Assembly (NCBI GenBank): GCA_964016885.1
Contig: OZ024743.1
Location: forward strand, 377,146,001 to 377,210,000
Source of the DNA: Eledone cirrhosa
Taxonomy: Eukaryota
Direction: 5' to 3'
Length of the DNA: 64,000 nucleotides
This document shows, piece by piece, positions 1 through 13,199 of the stretch. The notes under the pieces were generated by a model. It had not been told where the DNA came from. It saw nothing but the letters and a program-made list of their open reading frames with translations, and did not search any database. The translations under genes were made by a program, and so were the position numbers. The first letter of the stretch is position 1. Each line of letters starts with the position of its first letter.

Positions 1-339
1 CACCCCTACCCCCAGTACCACCGCTCCTGTTGGCATGAATACCGAATTGACGATAACAAGTTTGACTTTTACACCTGCCTCTATTCTTCTCATAACCGGC
101 TGGATCCTCAAACGTGACCAGCCAAGCTCACGGATTGTATCCAATCATCTTGCTCGGGGTCTATCCATATATCTCATGCCGGGTAGTTTTTCTCGTAAAA
201 TCTGTTCACTGATTATTTCAACAGAGTAGACATAATTAAAGGTGCGTAAGTGCCAGGTAAGAGGATTAAAATAGATCACGTTTTATAACCCCCATCCAAG
301 AACATGAACATTCCCTCAACGAGCTTTCTTTTTTACAAT

Positions 340-452
340 AACCCTTTGGTCGACCCGAGGCTATGGTATAAGACACTTGCCTATGTGCTGTGCTGTAGAA
401 TGGAGCCCGAAACGATCTAGTTGTTAAGCGAAGTTGTTAACCATACGACCAT
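340..452 (-). mobile_element. Degenerate tRNA-derived SINE fragment
   Basis: ggtcgacccgaggctatgg..agacacttgcc..aaccatacgacc resembles the reverse complement of a tRNA-head SINE seen in octopus genomes; recognition only. Confidence 0.4.
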
Positions 453-529
453 ATGTCACTGTAATTGTTTGACTGGATGAGAACATAGCTGAGCTGGCAA
501 GTGTTATATTAGCGAGAAAATAAGAGGAA

Positions 530-1139
530 GTGCGTGTGTATGTGTTTGTGTGTGCGCGTGTGTGTGTGATAGAGAGGGCATGTATGTGTGTGGGAATGAG
601 TTTGTGTGTGTGAATGAGTTTGTGTGTGTGCATGTGGATATGTGTGAGTGTGAGTGTGTGATAAAGAGGGCATGTATGTGTGTGTGAATGAGTTTGTATG
701 TGTGTGTGGATACGTGTGAGTGTGTGTGTCTGTGAATGTTTGTGTGTGTGTGTGTGTGTGTGTAAATGTTTTTGTGTGCATGTGTGCGTGTGTTTGTGTG
801 AGCATGTATGCGCGTGTGTGTGCATGTGCACGTGTGTGCATGTGCATGTGTGTGTGAGCATATGTTAAAGAAAGCGCGTGTGTGTGTGTGCATGTTTGTC
901 TGAATGTGTGCGTGCGTGCGTGTGTGAATGTGTGTGTGCATGTGTGTGAGCGTGTGTGTGTATGTTTGTGTGTGCGACTGGCGGTAGAATCAGTGATATT
1001 AAAAGAGAGAAGCAAGTTTCTACCGGTGACATATCTTCTAATTGAAGTGTGAACCACAGCGGACAGGGAAAACAGGGAAAGGCAGACTAAATCTGGCTGT
1101 ATATCAGGCTTATTAAGTAGATGGACACACAGTGACACA

Positions 1140-1175
<36 letters not shown>

Positions 1176-1186
1176 TATATATATAG

Positions 1187-1238
<52 letters not shown>

Positions 1239-1335
1239 ATATATCTCTCTCTCTATATATATATATATACATATACATACATATATACATGTATATATAT
1301 TTGTATATATATACACAATATATATACACACACAC

Positions 1336-1390
<55 letters not shown>

Positions 1391-1425
1391 TACATATATA
1401 TATACACACACATACACACACAGCG

Positions 1426-1500
<75 letters not shown>

Positions 1501-2235
1501 TATATATATGTACACATACACAACCACGGGAAAATATACACTTAACCAGCGCACAAAAATAATGTTATATTTTGTTATATTTTGTATGTATGTATGTATG
1601 TATGTATGTATGTATGTATGTATGTATGTATGTATGTATGTGTGTATGTATGTATGTGTGTATACGCGTCTGTGTGTGTATATGTATGTGTGTGCGGTGG
1701 TTTATAAGAAGATAATGAAGGTGACCGTTTCCAGTATAATAATACAAACACAAATAAATTATGAAAACAAAGCAGGATATAAAAATATGATTTGATAAGA
1801 AAAACATTGAGAGACAGATTGGACAAGAGAAAAAATATGGCGGGCTTTGCGGTATTTTGTTGTTGTTTCTTTTTTTTTTTCGGGTTTTTTGTTTTTGTTT
1901 TTGTTTAGAGAAGAATGATGAGTTCTGTGACAGCAGACGATACTTCGTTGGAAACTGTAACATAACAGTTCCTCTCCCAACGGCAGAAACATCGTCTTTT
2001 ACAACACATCACATCACATCACAATACAAATTATTACAAACAGATTTGGTGGTTTTCAGCTACAAATAATTATACACACACACACACGCACACACACACA
2101 CATATATATATATATGTGTGTGTGTGTGTGTATGCATATATACATATATATATGTATATATACATACATATATATACATATATATATACATACATATATA
2201 TATATATGTACATATATACATATCTATATAGATAT

Positions 2236-2279
<44 letters not shown>

Positions 2280-2335
2280 ATATATATATATACATGTATG
2301 TGTGTTTATGTGCACATGTATGTATGTATATATAT
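530..2335. repeat. Compound microsatellite region: (TG)n, (CA)n, (TA)n, (TATG)n
   Basis: Directly visible; accounts for all [10 protein letters not shown] low-complexity ORFs here. Confidence 0.95.
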
Positions 2336-3558
2336 GCAATGGAAATGATTAGCACCCGCTCGATAGAGACGGAATCGAAAGGACTATCAGTAAAAACAAA
2401 ATAGATCTTAAATCACCAATGTTATTATTACTGTGTGGACATAGGTCTGGCCGATCGGCTAAGTTTCTCTTCGGGAGCATCAAGTCTCGGATTCGATAAC
2501 AATATATGTGCCATATTGCTGGGGGAAGTGTTTTTGTTTGTTGTTTCTATGGCATGTGGTCGACTCTATCACACTAGTCGAAATTAGAAAAAAGGGGTGT
2601 TTGAATTCCCGGCAGATAAACTGTATCCATATTTCAAAAGTCCAGCCTTGTCATATTATGTTTCGCTGATTCTACCTGAGAATATTTTAAAGTTAGTTTC
2701 AAATATTTGCGTGGAATACTCAATCACTTATACGTTAATTTATCGAATAAGGTGGTTCAACTGAATTCTGATAGTCGAAGTTGACAGAGAATCAAGTAGC
2801 ATTAACATAAAACCTCTGAGGACAAATTCATTCTAGAAATTTAAAATATCCAAGACATTCCGTACGACTATATGGCACATCGACAATTCTATAAGGGGTT
2901 ACAGGTTGAAAAAAATATCAAACTAATCTTAATATAAATTCTTTAAGTATCAGTTGAAATAGAAGATGAAGGTCAGGAAAGATTTTCTGCCTTGCAAAAG
3001 ACTTTATGAAAAGAAGAATCCTGGTCCGACATCACGAACTGGACATGTCACTACGACCCTACTACATTTGGCGGAGGAGGCTAGGTATCAGTGGCGACTG
3101 CTGATTGTGAAAACGTCTGGAGGGACACTCCAACGACTGGCTGCACAACTTACGGGGACTAGATGACGCTGAAGTCAATGTGGCGAATTTGGCTTCAATG
3201 AAAGGACCCCCCGGTAATGGAAATGACGGAGTATGCAGAAGGAGCAACGTTCTTCAAATGTTCCTAACATCTACCTTTACCTTCCCATCCTGACTCTCAC
3301 ATGCCTTAATGTATACCTAGTTCTTAAAACCCACATCCATCACCAAGATTGTTTCTTCAGTTTCCTCAGTGTAACTGGATACGAAGGAGAAGATATGCTA
3401 AGCACGAAGAGTGGTCGGGGTTTTTAACAGCATTGGAAAGTTTACTGCAAGTTTGTTGTCTATATGTTAACAAGAAATAAGAGAGGGTTGTATGATCACC
3501 TATTAAATGCTTCTATACATGTACGTAAGCATTGTATATGTATGTAAATATATATATA

Positions 3559-3625
<67 letters not shown>

Positions 3626-3645
3626 TATATGTGTGTATATATATG

Positions 3646-3693
<48 letters not shown>

Positions 3694-4169
3694 AATATAT
3701 ATATATATGTGTGTGTTATGCACAAACACCATAAATATAGACCCACTTCTTTAAATACTTAAATACATGATCTGCTTCAAATATATAAAAGAAATCAGTC
3801 AATATTAGCCATAAGCAATGACAGAAAAATTCCCAGCTGGATGTTGTAGCCACATAATGGTTAACAACAACAGTAATAGAAGCACCAGGTTGATGCCATA
3901 CATATAATATTTACCATTAACAACACAGAAATTAAATCATATAGCAATAAACTAGAGAATGATGCATTACTTGCAACTGTGCTTGTCTTCAGGGAATCAG
4001 TTTCTGTGAATAGTTCTGAAATTCAATTCTTTCTTCAGTTCTATATATTTTATTAAGTGTCCATTTTCAGCATTCTAATGTAGAATAAATTTCATGCTCA
4101 ACTGCGTTGTTCAGTAAATAAATTTAGGATGTATTATATCACATGCATATAGACTACATTATATATTTA

Positions 4170-4216
<47 letters not shown>

Positions 4217-4260
4217 GTGTATATATATGTATATATATATATATATATTTGATATTTATG

Positions 4261-4342
<82 letters not shown>

Positions 4343-4534
4343 GAATGTATGTATATATATATACTTTCATACATAAATGCATTTTTCTCTAGATAAAAAT
4401 ACACAAACACACACATAAAGATTATGTTTGGGAGAGAGAGAGAGCGAGAAGACAGAGTGACAGACAGACAAAAATAAAGAAAGAAGAGAGAGTCCATTAA
4501 CAGAGCAATATATGTATATACATACATATATGTA

Positions 4535-4608
<74 letters not shown>

Positions 4609-4609
<1 letters not shown>

Positions 4610-4782
4610 CCCGACGGCTGAGCTCAAGCCGTTTCGACGGCTAATTCTGGACTCGAATTTGCCGTCGAAACGGCTTGAGCGCAGCCGTCGGGGTTCTACT
4701 CGTTCCTATTACCCACTCTACTACCCTATTGAGTACTTTGGTGCGTTATGGTCCATCTGGTTCCGTACCACATTTCCTTCGT

Positions 4783-4783
<1 letters not shown>
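4609..4783. repeat. GC-rich fold-back hairpin (~39-bp arms, 4609-4693) plus ~90-bp extension, between (TA)n tracts
   Basis: ccccgacggctgagctcaagccgtttcgacggc...gccgtcgaaacggcttgagcgcagccgtcgggg; arms nearly perfect. Confidence 0.85.
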
Positions 4784-4813
<30 letters not shown>

Positions 4814-6397
4814 CTATATATCTATATATAGATATATAGATATATAGATATATAGATATATAGATATATATATAGATATATATATGAAATTATATTCATA
4901 TATATATATGAAATTATATTTAGTGGAATCAAAATATATAAATATGAAATAGAAAGCAAAGAGAAATTTTGGAAAAAATTCAAAATTATTTCAAAGAATA
5001 AACACTATAAATTTGGGGTTATTTCTCAATTTTGACTTTCCCTGAATTCAGATTCCTCTTTGTTTCTTTTCTATTTCCATTGTAAATTTATTTTCATGTT
5101 TACTGGTCAAAATATATTAATCGTTTATAAAGTGTATCTGAAAATGTTTGTTGAAAAAAAGTACTTTAGTTCTTGAAAAGCTATTAGTAGTTGTCACATT
5201 TAAATAATAATCGGGTTTTAACTTAAAAGAACTCAAACCATTTCATAAATTAATTAGGATACTTATGCTTAGCCAATATTACAATACATTACTGTTTGTC
5301 TGTTGCCGTTTGCCAATTAACGGAATTGCCATTATAATTATTAGAAATCTTCAGAAGCCATTTCGAGAAGGAAAAGAGAAAAAGAAAAAAGAACATAAAA
5401 AGATATTTTTCTGTGACTCAAAGCTTTTAATACGTCTTCTTATTCAAGAGCATTACTTGCCCTGTTGTGTTACTTTGAAATCAATACGCTCTTCTCAACA
5501 TTGTCTCTCCGCCTCTTCATCATCTACTTTCACCACTTTCATCAAGCCTACCACACTCCTACTACTAGTACTTAGACCTTTTTATTATCACCCTACCATC
5601 CTCTTTACTTTCCACATCTGTCATGCGCACAAACACATACACACACGCAAATACACACACACATTAACCATCTGCTCTCGGTGGCCATTTTGTTTTGTTT
5701 TTCATTTTGTTACTTCTACTGCTGCTACTGCTACTACTGCTATTCAAATTGCCTTGAAACGTTCATTGTTTCTCCGCACATTTTGGTGAGAAATAGATGT
5801 TTACTCAGGAGATATGAGAGCGAGTATTTTGTCACCAAGTAGTGACCATGTTCGACCAGAAATAAGAGGTGCGAAAATGTGGGGAAAGTGATAAAATGAA
5901 AAGTAGAATTTAATAAAACACTTGGAAATCAGAGATCTCAACCAAACAAACACAAGTGTCAACGTCATATGAAGGAGCGAGCAGAACCCATAGTTAATAT
6001 AGCTAATTCCTGTTTAAATACACAATTATCTTCACACATGAACAGTAAAAGCTACATAGAAATAGATAGATAGAGATAGAAAATGTGTGAATGGAGAAAT
6101 AAACAGAATTTAATTGATATCTGTGTTGTTTATTTTAATAAATAAATGCATTACTCCGTGTCAATATTGTAAAGCAGAAAAACTTGTTTAAAGATGTGTT
6201 TATCAATTAACTGAGTGTTAAAGTGTAAATAGTTCAGTTGCTGAATATTTTTGTCTGTCTGTTTGGTTCCACAGAGAAATCAGAATATTAGCAACAAGCA
6301 TTATTGGCATTGCTTATATTTCTTTCTATTATTCTATAATATAAATGCGTTTCCTTACAAATGGTAAACAAAACGAAAGAAAACAAAAAGATAATTG

Positions 6398-6581
6398 TTT
6401 CTACTTTTGGCACAAGGCCAGCAATTACCCAGTGCATTACTGGTACTTTATTTTATCGACCCCGTAAGGATGAAAGGCAAAGTTAACCTCAGCAAGATTT
6501 GAACTCAGACGATAAAGGGCCGTAACTCTTTGCTGCAAAGCATGGCGTCAGACCCTCTACCAATCCACTGAATACTGCCAA
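6398..6581 (-). mobile_element. tRNA-headed SINE with probable Meta-type central domain
   Basis: Minus strand has B-box gagttcaaatc followed by ctttgcctttcatccttacggggtcgataaaataaagtaccag; near-identical to 42360-42537. Confidence 0.8.
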
Positions 6582-6619
6582 TCCACTGAAAGATAATGAA
6601 TTCCAGTTAGATAGAAAGC

Positions 6620-7150
6620 ATGGCTTGGGCGCTGCAGGCTTCCCCTTATGGCTCGAGCCGGCGGGGCTGGACCAAGGGGACGGCAAAAGGCCATACGGCA
6701 TGACCATCTTCCTGTTCCGCGATGGTAAACTCCTCATCTGGGATGCCACATGCAGCGACACTTTCTCTAGCGGAAACCTGGAGTAGTCTGACTAATCCAG
6801 GCTCTGCTGCACTTTGGGCTGAGGAGAGTAAACTCTCCAAATATCAGTCATTCTCCGACAGGTTTGCTGTCGAGCACGTAGCAGTGGAGACTTCTGTTGC
6901 CATTGACCCAAGGACCACCTCCCTACTCACCACTATCGCCACGCAGTTGGCTACCCGCAGGTGTGAGTCTCTCGAGCTGGACTGGCTCTTCCAGCGCGTT
7001 TCCCTCACCTCTGGGGCAACGCCTTCTCTATTCTGTCCGCCGGGACCGCGGGGCGGCCGGCGCATGAGTTCCCATTTGTATATAATAGTGAGAGATAGGG
7101 ACAACGAAAGAGATGTGAGACAGTGAGTGAAAGAGAGAGAACATCAACGT
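6620..7150 (+). mobile_element. 5'-truncated CRE-like non-LTR retrotransposon (degenerate RLE domain + 3' UTR)
   Basis: Across frames: LEPAGLDQGDGKRPYG..LIWDATCSDT..GSAALWAEESKLSKY..AVET..WLFQRVSL, typical of the C-terminal restriction-like endonuclease; stops and frameshifts present. Confidence 0.75.
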
Positions 7151-7229
7151 ACATACACACTTGATAAGACAACGATAGATGTTATCCCCTCCCCAATCTG
7201 AGTCTTCCCATATTTGAATGTTATTCTTA

Positions 7230-7880
7230 TATTCTTTTATTGGTTTCAATCATTGAACTAAGGCTATGCTATGGCATCCATCACCCTGAAGGGTTTTTCG
7301 TCGTTCATATCGACAGCAGAAAGTCTGGTACTTATCTTATTGAACCCCTATGTTACAGTACATAAACACACATCATCGCTTGTTAAATGGTGTCAACATG
7401 AAGACGGACATGGACACACGTTCGCGCATTTACACACACACATTTAGATACACAACACACACACACACACATGCATACATATATGTGTATGTGTTAAACG
7501 GGTTCTCCTAAAAAACTAAAAGGTTATGAGCCCTACTCTTCTTTACTTCATTAAACGGTAAAAAGACAAATGGCATTTTTTTATTATTTTATTTTTTATA
7601 CGTTTACTAATTTCTGTCATTATACTGCGGTCATGATGGAGCACCGCCTTGATTTAGTCAAATATATCGACCCCCACCTCCACCTCAGGGCCTCGGCGAA
7701 ATTTGAACTCAAAGCATAAAGAGTCCTAATTAGATGCCGCACAACAATTTTTCGAACAATGGTCTTGATATTCTGTCTATCCATCACCCTTCAATATTTT
7801 CCAACATATACTAAAGGTCATGAATTTAGGAGAAGGGTACAGTCGAGTATATCGTCCCCAGTACTTTGACTAGCACTTTA
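7230..7880 (-). mobile_element. Cluster of degenerate SINE fragments
   Basis: Motifs ctgcggtcatgatggagcaccgcc, atcgacccc, atttgaactc shared with other SINE copies in the window. Confidence 0.5.
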
Positions 7881-8194
7881 TTTTAACGAACTGAGAATGA
7901 CGAACAGCAATTTTTATCTCGAGGAGATGTGAGCTCATAATGTAAAGAATCAGAGCAAATGCTGCAAGGCATTTTAGCCATTATTCCTACGATCCTATCA
8001 GTCCACAACCCTAAATAAATATAATAAATATTTTTTTTTTTTTTTTTTTTTTTTTTAGTTTTCGCACAGTGCCAGTAATTTGCGAAACCTTTTTCCGACG
8101 CTTTAACGACTCTGCCTGAAAAAAAATCCTCCACCCTGATATAAATCCTCCACTCTGAAATAAATTTAATAATGCTTTCTAATTAAAGCGCAAG

Positions 8195-8870
8195 GTTGAT
8201 GAAAGGCAAAGTTGACATCGACGGGGTTTGAAATTAGAATGGAAAGGACTAAATGCTGCAAACCATTTTGTTCGACGCTCTAATAATTCTACCAATCCAC
8301 CGCCCTTTTTTTTGTCTTTTTTTTTATATATAATAATTGTTTTTACTTTTGGCACATGACCAGCAATTATCCCAGTGTATTACTGGTACTTTATTTTGTC
8401 GACCCCGTAAGGAGGAAAGGCAAAGTTAACCTCGGCGGGATATAATAATGGTTTCTTATATAGGCACAAGGCCAGCAATTTTGGGGGAGGGGAAAGTCGA
8501 TTAAATCGACTCCAGTGCGTGACTGGTACTTTATTTTATTGACTCCGTAAGGATGAAAGGCAAAGTTAACCTCAGCGGGATTTAAACTCAGATCATAAAG
8601 GGCCGTAACTCTATGCTACAAAGCATGGCGTCCGACCATCTCCCGACACTGCCAAAATAATGTCTTCTAGTTTAAGCACAAAGCCGGAAATTTAGAGAGA
8701 AGGGAACATTGATCTCAGTATATGACTGGTATTTTATTTTATTGATCTCGGAAAGATGAAAGGCAAAGTTAATCTCGATGAGATTTGAACTCAGAATGTA
8801 AAGAATCGGAACAAATACTTCCAGGTAATTTATCCATCGCTCTAATGATCCTGTCAAACCGCCACCCTAA
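8195..8870 (-). mobile_element. Tandem cluster of four full or partial copies of the Meta-type SINE
   Basis: Repeated gatgaaaggcaaagtt..ctc..atttgaactcag and ggcacaaggccagcaatt blocks at ~8195, 8338, 8450, 8665. Confidence 0.75.
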
Positions 8871-9788
8871 ATAAATCTAAGAATAAAAACAACATAAAAT
8901 ATCTTTCTAAGTTAATGCATGCAAACATTAGCTGAGCTAACTGAGAAATGTCTTAGCAAGATATTTTAAACAGATTGATAAGTCAGTTAAATGTTTCTCA
9001 AAACGGTTTAATTACTTCAAAGAGATATAATAGAACAGCGTGTTGGAAGATCCACAATATTTCTGCAATAGAATTCCGTAAAACAGTTTTAGTGGGCGTG
9101 ATAGAGCTATTCCCAGCTTTAAAGACACGCGTTAGGGAATTCGTTAATTGATTAAGTTTTATGGTTAGCTTTTCCGAGCGCCATTTCTGAATTAACAGAA
9201 TCATTTATATTGTATCTTTACAGCTCATAGAAATGTGCCAGCTCTTTGTGAAGTAAAGACGCCATTAAATTTATAAGCGGTGAAATCTAAAAATAATCAA
9301 AATAAGAAAAAAATGTTAAATATATGGAAACAATGATTTAAATACATTTTTTCCGGAATTAATCTAACAGCATCAAAAACGTTCTGCATTCTAGGGGAAA
9401 AGAATATAGATTACTTTTTAAAACTATTAAGAATTCAATGAAATATTCGATAATGTTAAATATTTTTACTGATCAGATTCTGAAAAATATCTAAACACAT
9501 ATCTAGAAAATTAAAGAAGTATGTAAAATTCAATAAAAAAATGTTTAATCAAATCAAAATTAATTTTAACGTAAATATATCAATGTTCTTACGGAATATA
9601 AATTGCTAAACTAAAATATATACGATACATCAGCAAATTACGGATTAGAAATAAGGATTTTTAATGTGTTTAGAAGGTGATAAATACTGCGGGGAAGGTT
9701 CAATTCACTGCAGAAAATGATGGGTATTTAATTATCTTTTTTTTAATTTTTAAACATTTTTTTTTATTTACAATCAATGGTAACAAAT

Positions 9789-10195
9789 CTGAGATGCCAC
9801 ATGCAGCGACACTCTCTCCAGCGGCAACCTGGTGCAGGCTACGACTAATCCAGGCTATGCTGCACTTCGAGCCGAGGAGGGTAAACTCTCCAAATAACGG
9901 TGACTCTCCGACAGGTTTGCGGTCGAGCCCGTAGTGGTGGAGCCTTCTGGTGTCCATGGCCCTAGAACTACCTCCCTACTCACCACCATGGGCACGGAGT
10001 TGGGTGAGCCTCACAAGCTCTACTGGCTTTTCCAACGCGTCTCCCTTACCATCCTCCGGCGGAAACGCTCTCTCTATTCTGTCCACCGGGGCCATTGGTT
10101 GGCCAGTGCGTGGGTTCCCATCTGCATATAATAGAGAGAGGTGGGGAGAGCGAGAGAGGCGGAGGCAGTGAGTGAAAGAGAGAGAACATCAACAC
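9789..10195 (+). mobile_element. Second 5'-truncated CRE-like copy
   Basis: Homologous to 6737-7148 (gatgccacatgcagcgacact...YWLFQRVSLTIL, same 3' UTR cagtgagtgaaagagagagaacatcaac). Confidence 0.75.
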
Positions 10196-10639
10196 ATATT
10201 TACTACTGCCAGAGAAACAGATAAAGTGAAGAAAGTTCAATCCTTTTACATCATAGGAAAAGACACCTTGAAAAGTATTATATCTATGGATACGTAACTC
10301 TTGGTGGAGTCGTAAGGGCACTGTAGTGACATACGGCGTTTCTTGAGCATTTCAAACCTGAACACAGCCGATATCTTCTAGAGAACGAGGGTGATAGTGA
10401 TAATGATAGAGAAAATGTGAGAAAGAGATATTGAGGAAGAATTGACCACAGTATGTGTGTATGTACCTATAACTCCTGGTGGGGTTTTAGGAGCACCGTA
10501 GCGAAATACAGCGTGTCTTGGGAATTTTAAAACATGTCAGAGCCCATCTCCTATCCACGTCTGAACACAGATAATTTCTTCCAGAGAAGAGGAAAGGGAG
10601 AGAGAGAAAGAAAGCAAGAAAGAAATACAGAGGCAGAAT

Positions 10640-10800
10640 CAACCTCAGTACTAGACTGGTACGTTTTATCGAGTAGGAAAGGATGAAAGGCAAAGTTGTC
10701 CTCGGTAGGTTTTGAACACTCAGGGATCAAAGAGCAGGAATAAATACAGCAAAATATTTTTTCCGATGTTCTAAAAGGATTCTGCCAATTCACTGCCTAC
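10640..10800 (-). mobile_element. Degenerate Meta-type SINE copy
   Basis: gactggtacgttttatcga..ggatgaaaggcaaagttgtcctcgg..tttgaacac..ctgccaattc. Confidence 0.6.
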
Positions 10801-11114
10801 TTAAAAAATATTAGGAAGGATAACATGAAATTTCTAGACCGACTAGATGTGAATTTAGAAGGTAAAAACACGCACAGGTACACAGATACAGTTTTATGTT
10901 TAAGATGTTCATTGTGTCACCCCAGTGTTCTAACTTTGATCCCACGTCACAACAGCTTTGGTAGGTATCTTCTACTAGAGTTTTAACGTTCCCCAATTTT
11001 GCGTAAATGGAATTTGGTAGACGTAAACTATGAAGAAAACTTCCACACACACACTCACATACATATATATATACATGTCTATATATATATATATAATATA
11101 TATATGTGTGTGTG

Positions 11115-11186
<72 letters not shown>

Positions 11187-11306
11187 GTGTATATATATTA
11201 ATAAAAGGAATTCCAGCTTTGTCTGATTTACTCGTTTTATTTACAATCCTTTAAAATTATAATGATATGAAATAGTATGGTAGAATATTAAATGTTAAAT
11301 GTTAAT

Positions 11307-11345
11307 TGAACAAGTACTTTCATGCTTTCGCAATCTTCAGGTTCA
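11307..11345 (-). ncRNA. Minimal type-I hammerhead ribozyme (inverted copy)
   Basis: Exact reverse complement of 11397-11435. Confidence 0.75.
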
Positions 11346-11396
11346 TATTCAGTGGTGACAGTCAAGTTTGCAATTTTCAACTGTCACCACTGAATC

Positions 11397-11435
11397 TGAA
11401 CCTGAAGATTGCGAAAGCATGAAAGTACTTGTTCA
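11397..11435 (+). ncRNA. Minimal type-I hammerhead ribozyme
   Basis: tgaac-CTGAAGA-t-tgc gaaa gca-t-GAAA-gtac-TT-gttca; stem I tgaac/gttca, palindromic stem III AAGTACTT. Confidence 0.8.
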
Positions 11436-11781
11436 ATTAACACTTAACATTTAATATTCTACCATACTATTTCATTCTAATACAATTATAAATTTTAAAG
11501 GATTGTAAATAAAACGAGTAAATCAGACTTGGAATTCCTTTTATTAATATAATCTTCTATACACAATCATACACACCCGTAGTTGTTTTTGGGGTATTTC
11601 CTCATTCATGCGCATAACATGGCCTACCCGACGTATTTGAGAGGATATATATATATACATACACATATACTTGATCTCCATCGTAACAACACACTACCAA
11701 TGTAAAGAGCTTTCTCATGCTTACTCTTGTTTTTTACCAAAACAACTTCTACTGAACACACACACGCACAAACACACACAG

Positions 11782-11812
<31 letters not shown>

Positions 11813-11988
11813 CACACATGAAAATGAGAAAACTCATCGATAGTACTGCCGTTAAAACAACTAAATGCTTTAAAAAAAGTGATGGGCAAAAATGCCTCAG
11901 AGACCAGCGGTCAGTGGTCAACAGAGAGACAATCCACAAGGTGGGTGACAGGCAGATGAAATATAGAAAAGATTGAAAGGAGAAGTAT

Positions 11989-12997
11989 TTGGGCACACAG
12001 AAGAGTCTGGAAGAGGAAATAAATAAAGGCGATATACAAAACAAGTTCACACACACATCCTCCCCCTCATCAGCCCTCAAACCACCAAAAGGCTTTCGCA
12101 CGTGCGAAACCATTTTGCTGGTTTGAGAATTGATGAGGGTGAATATGCAATAAAGTTTTGTGTCAAGCTTGGTAAAACGCTGGAGAAACCTCTGAAATGG
12201 TCAAAATTGCTTATGGACTAACGTTCATGGGTGGGAGACTGTTTTCCGTTTGCACAAGAGATTCCAGGAGGGCAAGGAGCAGGTGAGGGACGACTATAGA
12301 TGTGGCAGGGTGAGGGATATCAGGACGCCAAAATTAGTCGATAAAATTTGCAAATTTCTGGACGAGGACCGTCATGCATCTCTTCTGACGATTGCTAATC
12401 AATTTTAAGTGGCTAAGGGCACTGTGCATTCATGGCGATCTAAACATGGACAAAGTTTGTGCAAAGTTTGTTTCCAGAGTGCTCAATGAAAATCAAAGGC
12501 AGAGGTGCGTTGATGACAGCAGGGAGATGATCGAGTGGATCGCTTCGAATTCAAGTGTCCTTAAGTTTCTGATAACCTGAAACGAGAGTTGGATCTACTG
12601 TTATGATCCAGAGATCAAGAGATCAAGAGTGCCCAGTGGAAATATTCTGACTCCCCAGAAACCAAGAAGGCCAGGCAAATCAGGTCCACTGGAAAGCTCA
12701 TGATGATCCCATTCTTTAACATTAGCCATGATCCCATTCAAACTTAGCCCATGCGACTTCTGGAAGGGCCCTTTTTAGTCCGCCAAGGTGAAGGTGTCCA
12801 GGGTGCTTGTCACAGCCTACTTCATCTCCTCCACATCCTCACCCTCATCAATTCTCAAACCAGCAAAATGGTTTCGCACGTGCGAAAGCCTTTTGGTGGT
12901 TTGAGGGCTGATGAGGGGGAGGATGTGTGTGTGTGAACTTGTTTTGTATATCGCCTTTATTTATTTCCTCTTCCAGACTCTTCTGTGTGCCCAAATA
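11989..12997. repeat. ~155-bp inverted repeat pair (11989-12142 / 12839-12997), each arm containing an internal ~72-bp imperfect palindrome centred on tttcgcacgtgcgaaa
   Basis: Direct comparison; the arms enclose the mariner fossil. Confidence 0.85.
12142..12740 (+). pseudogene. Mariner (Tc1/mariner) transposase fossil, N-terminal half
   Basis: YAIKFCVKLGK..HKRFQEGKEQVRDD..GR; KVCAKFVSRVL (WVPHEL-like); LIT*NESWIYCYDPE (first catalytic D region); KLMM..FF; frameshifted. Confidence 0.85.
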
Positions 12998-13199
12998 AGC
13001 ACCCCTGCACCGCCCCCCCCCCCCCCCGAACCCTAATTGAGCAGGGAGGCCGCACCTCGCAGGTTTATAGCCCCACGGTGGGCCCATATAACCCTCATGA
13101 TAGTGACTGATCCGCAGACCCGAGTGACACCAACCGAGCTCGACCTGAGCTGTGCACAACCACGCGATGGCCCACAGCAGACACCCAACAACCCCGCAA

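Larger units (their letters stand above)
11194..11645. mobile_element. Fold-back inverted repeat (arms 11194-11362 / 11380-11551) with a hammerhead in each arm, plus ~90-bp extension; Penelope pLTR/retrozyme-like
   Basis: Arms are reverse complements by eye; flanked by (TA)n. Confidence 0.8.

Noticed and set aside
2966-3430. Possible very old CRE/RLE remnant
   Set aside because: Only faint motif resemblance; too degenerate to call.
3770-4085. Possible host exons (minus strand)
   Set aside because: Stops in all frames between plausible splice sites; no recognisable protein.
5265-5789. 174-aa ORF
   Set aside because: Low-complexity composition, no domain, crosses simple repeats.
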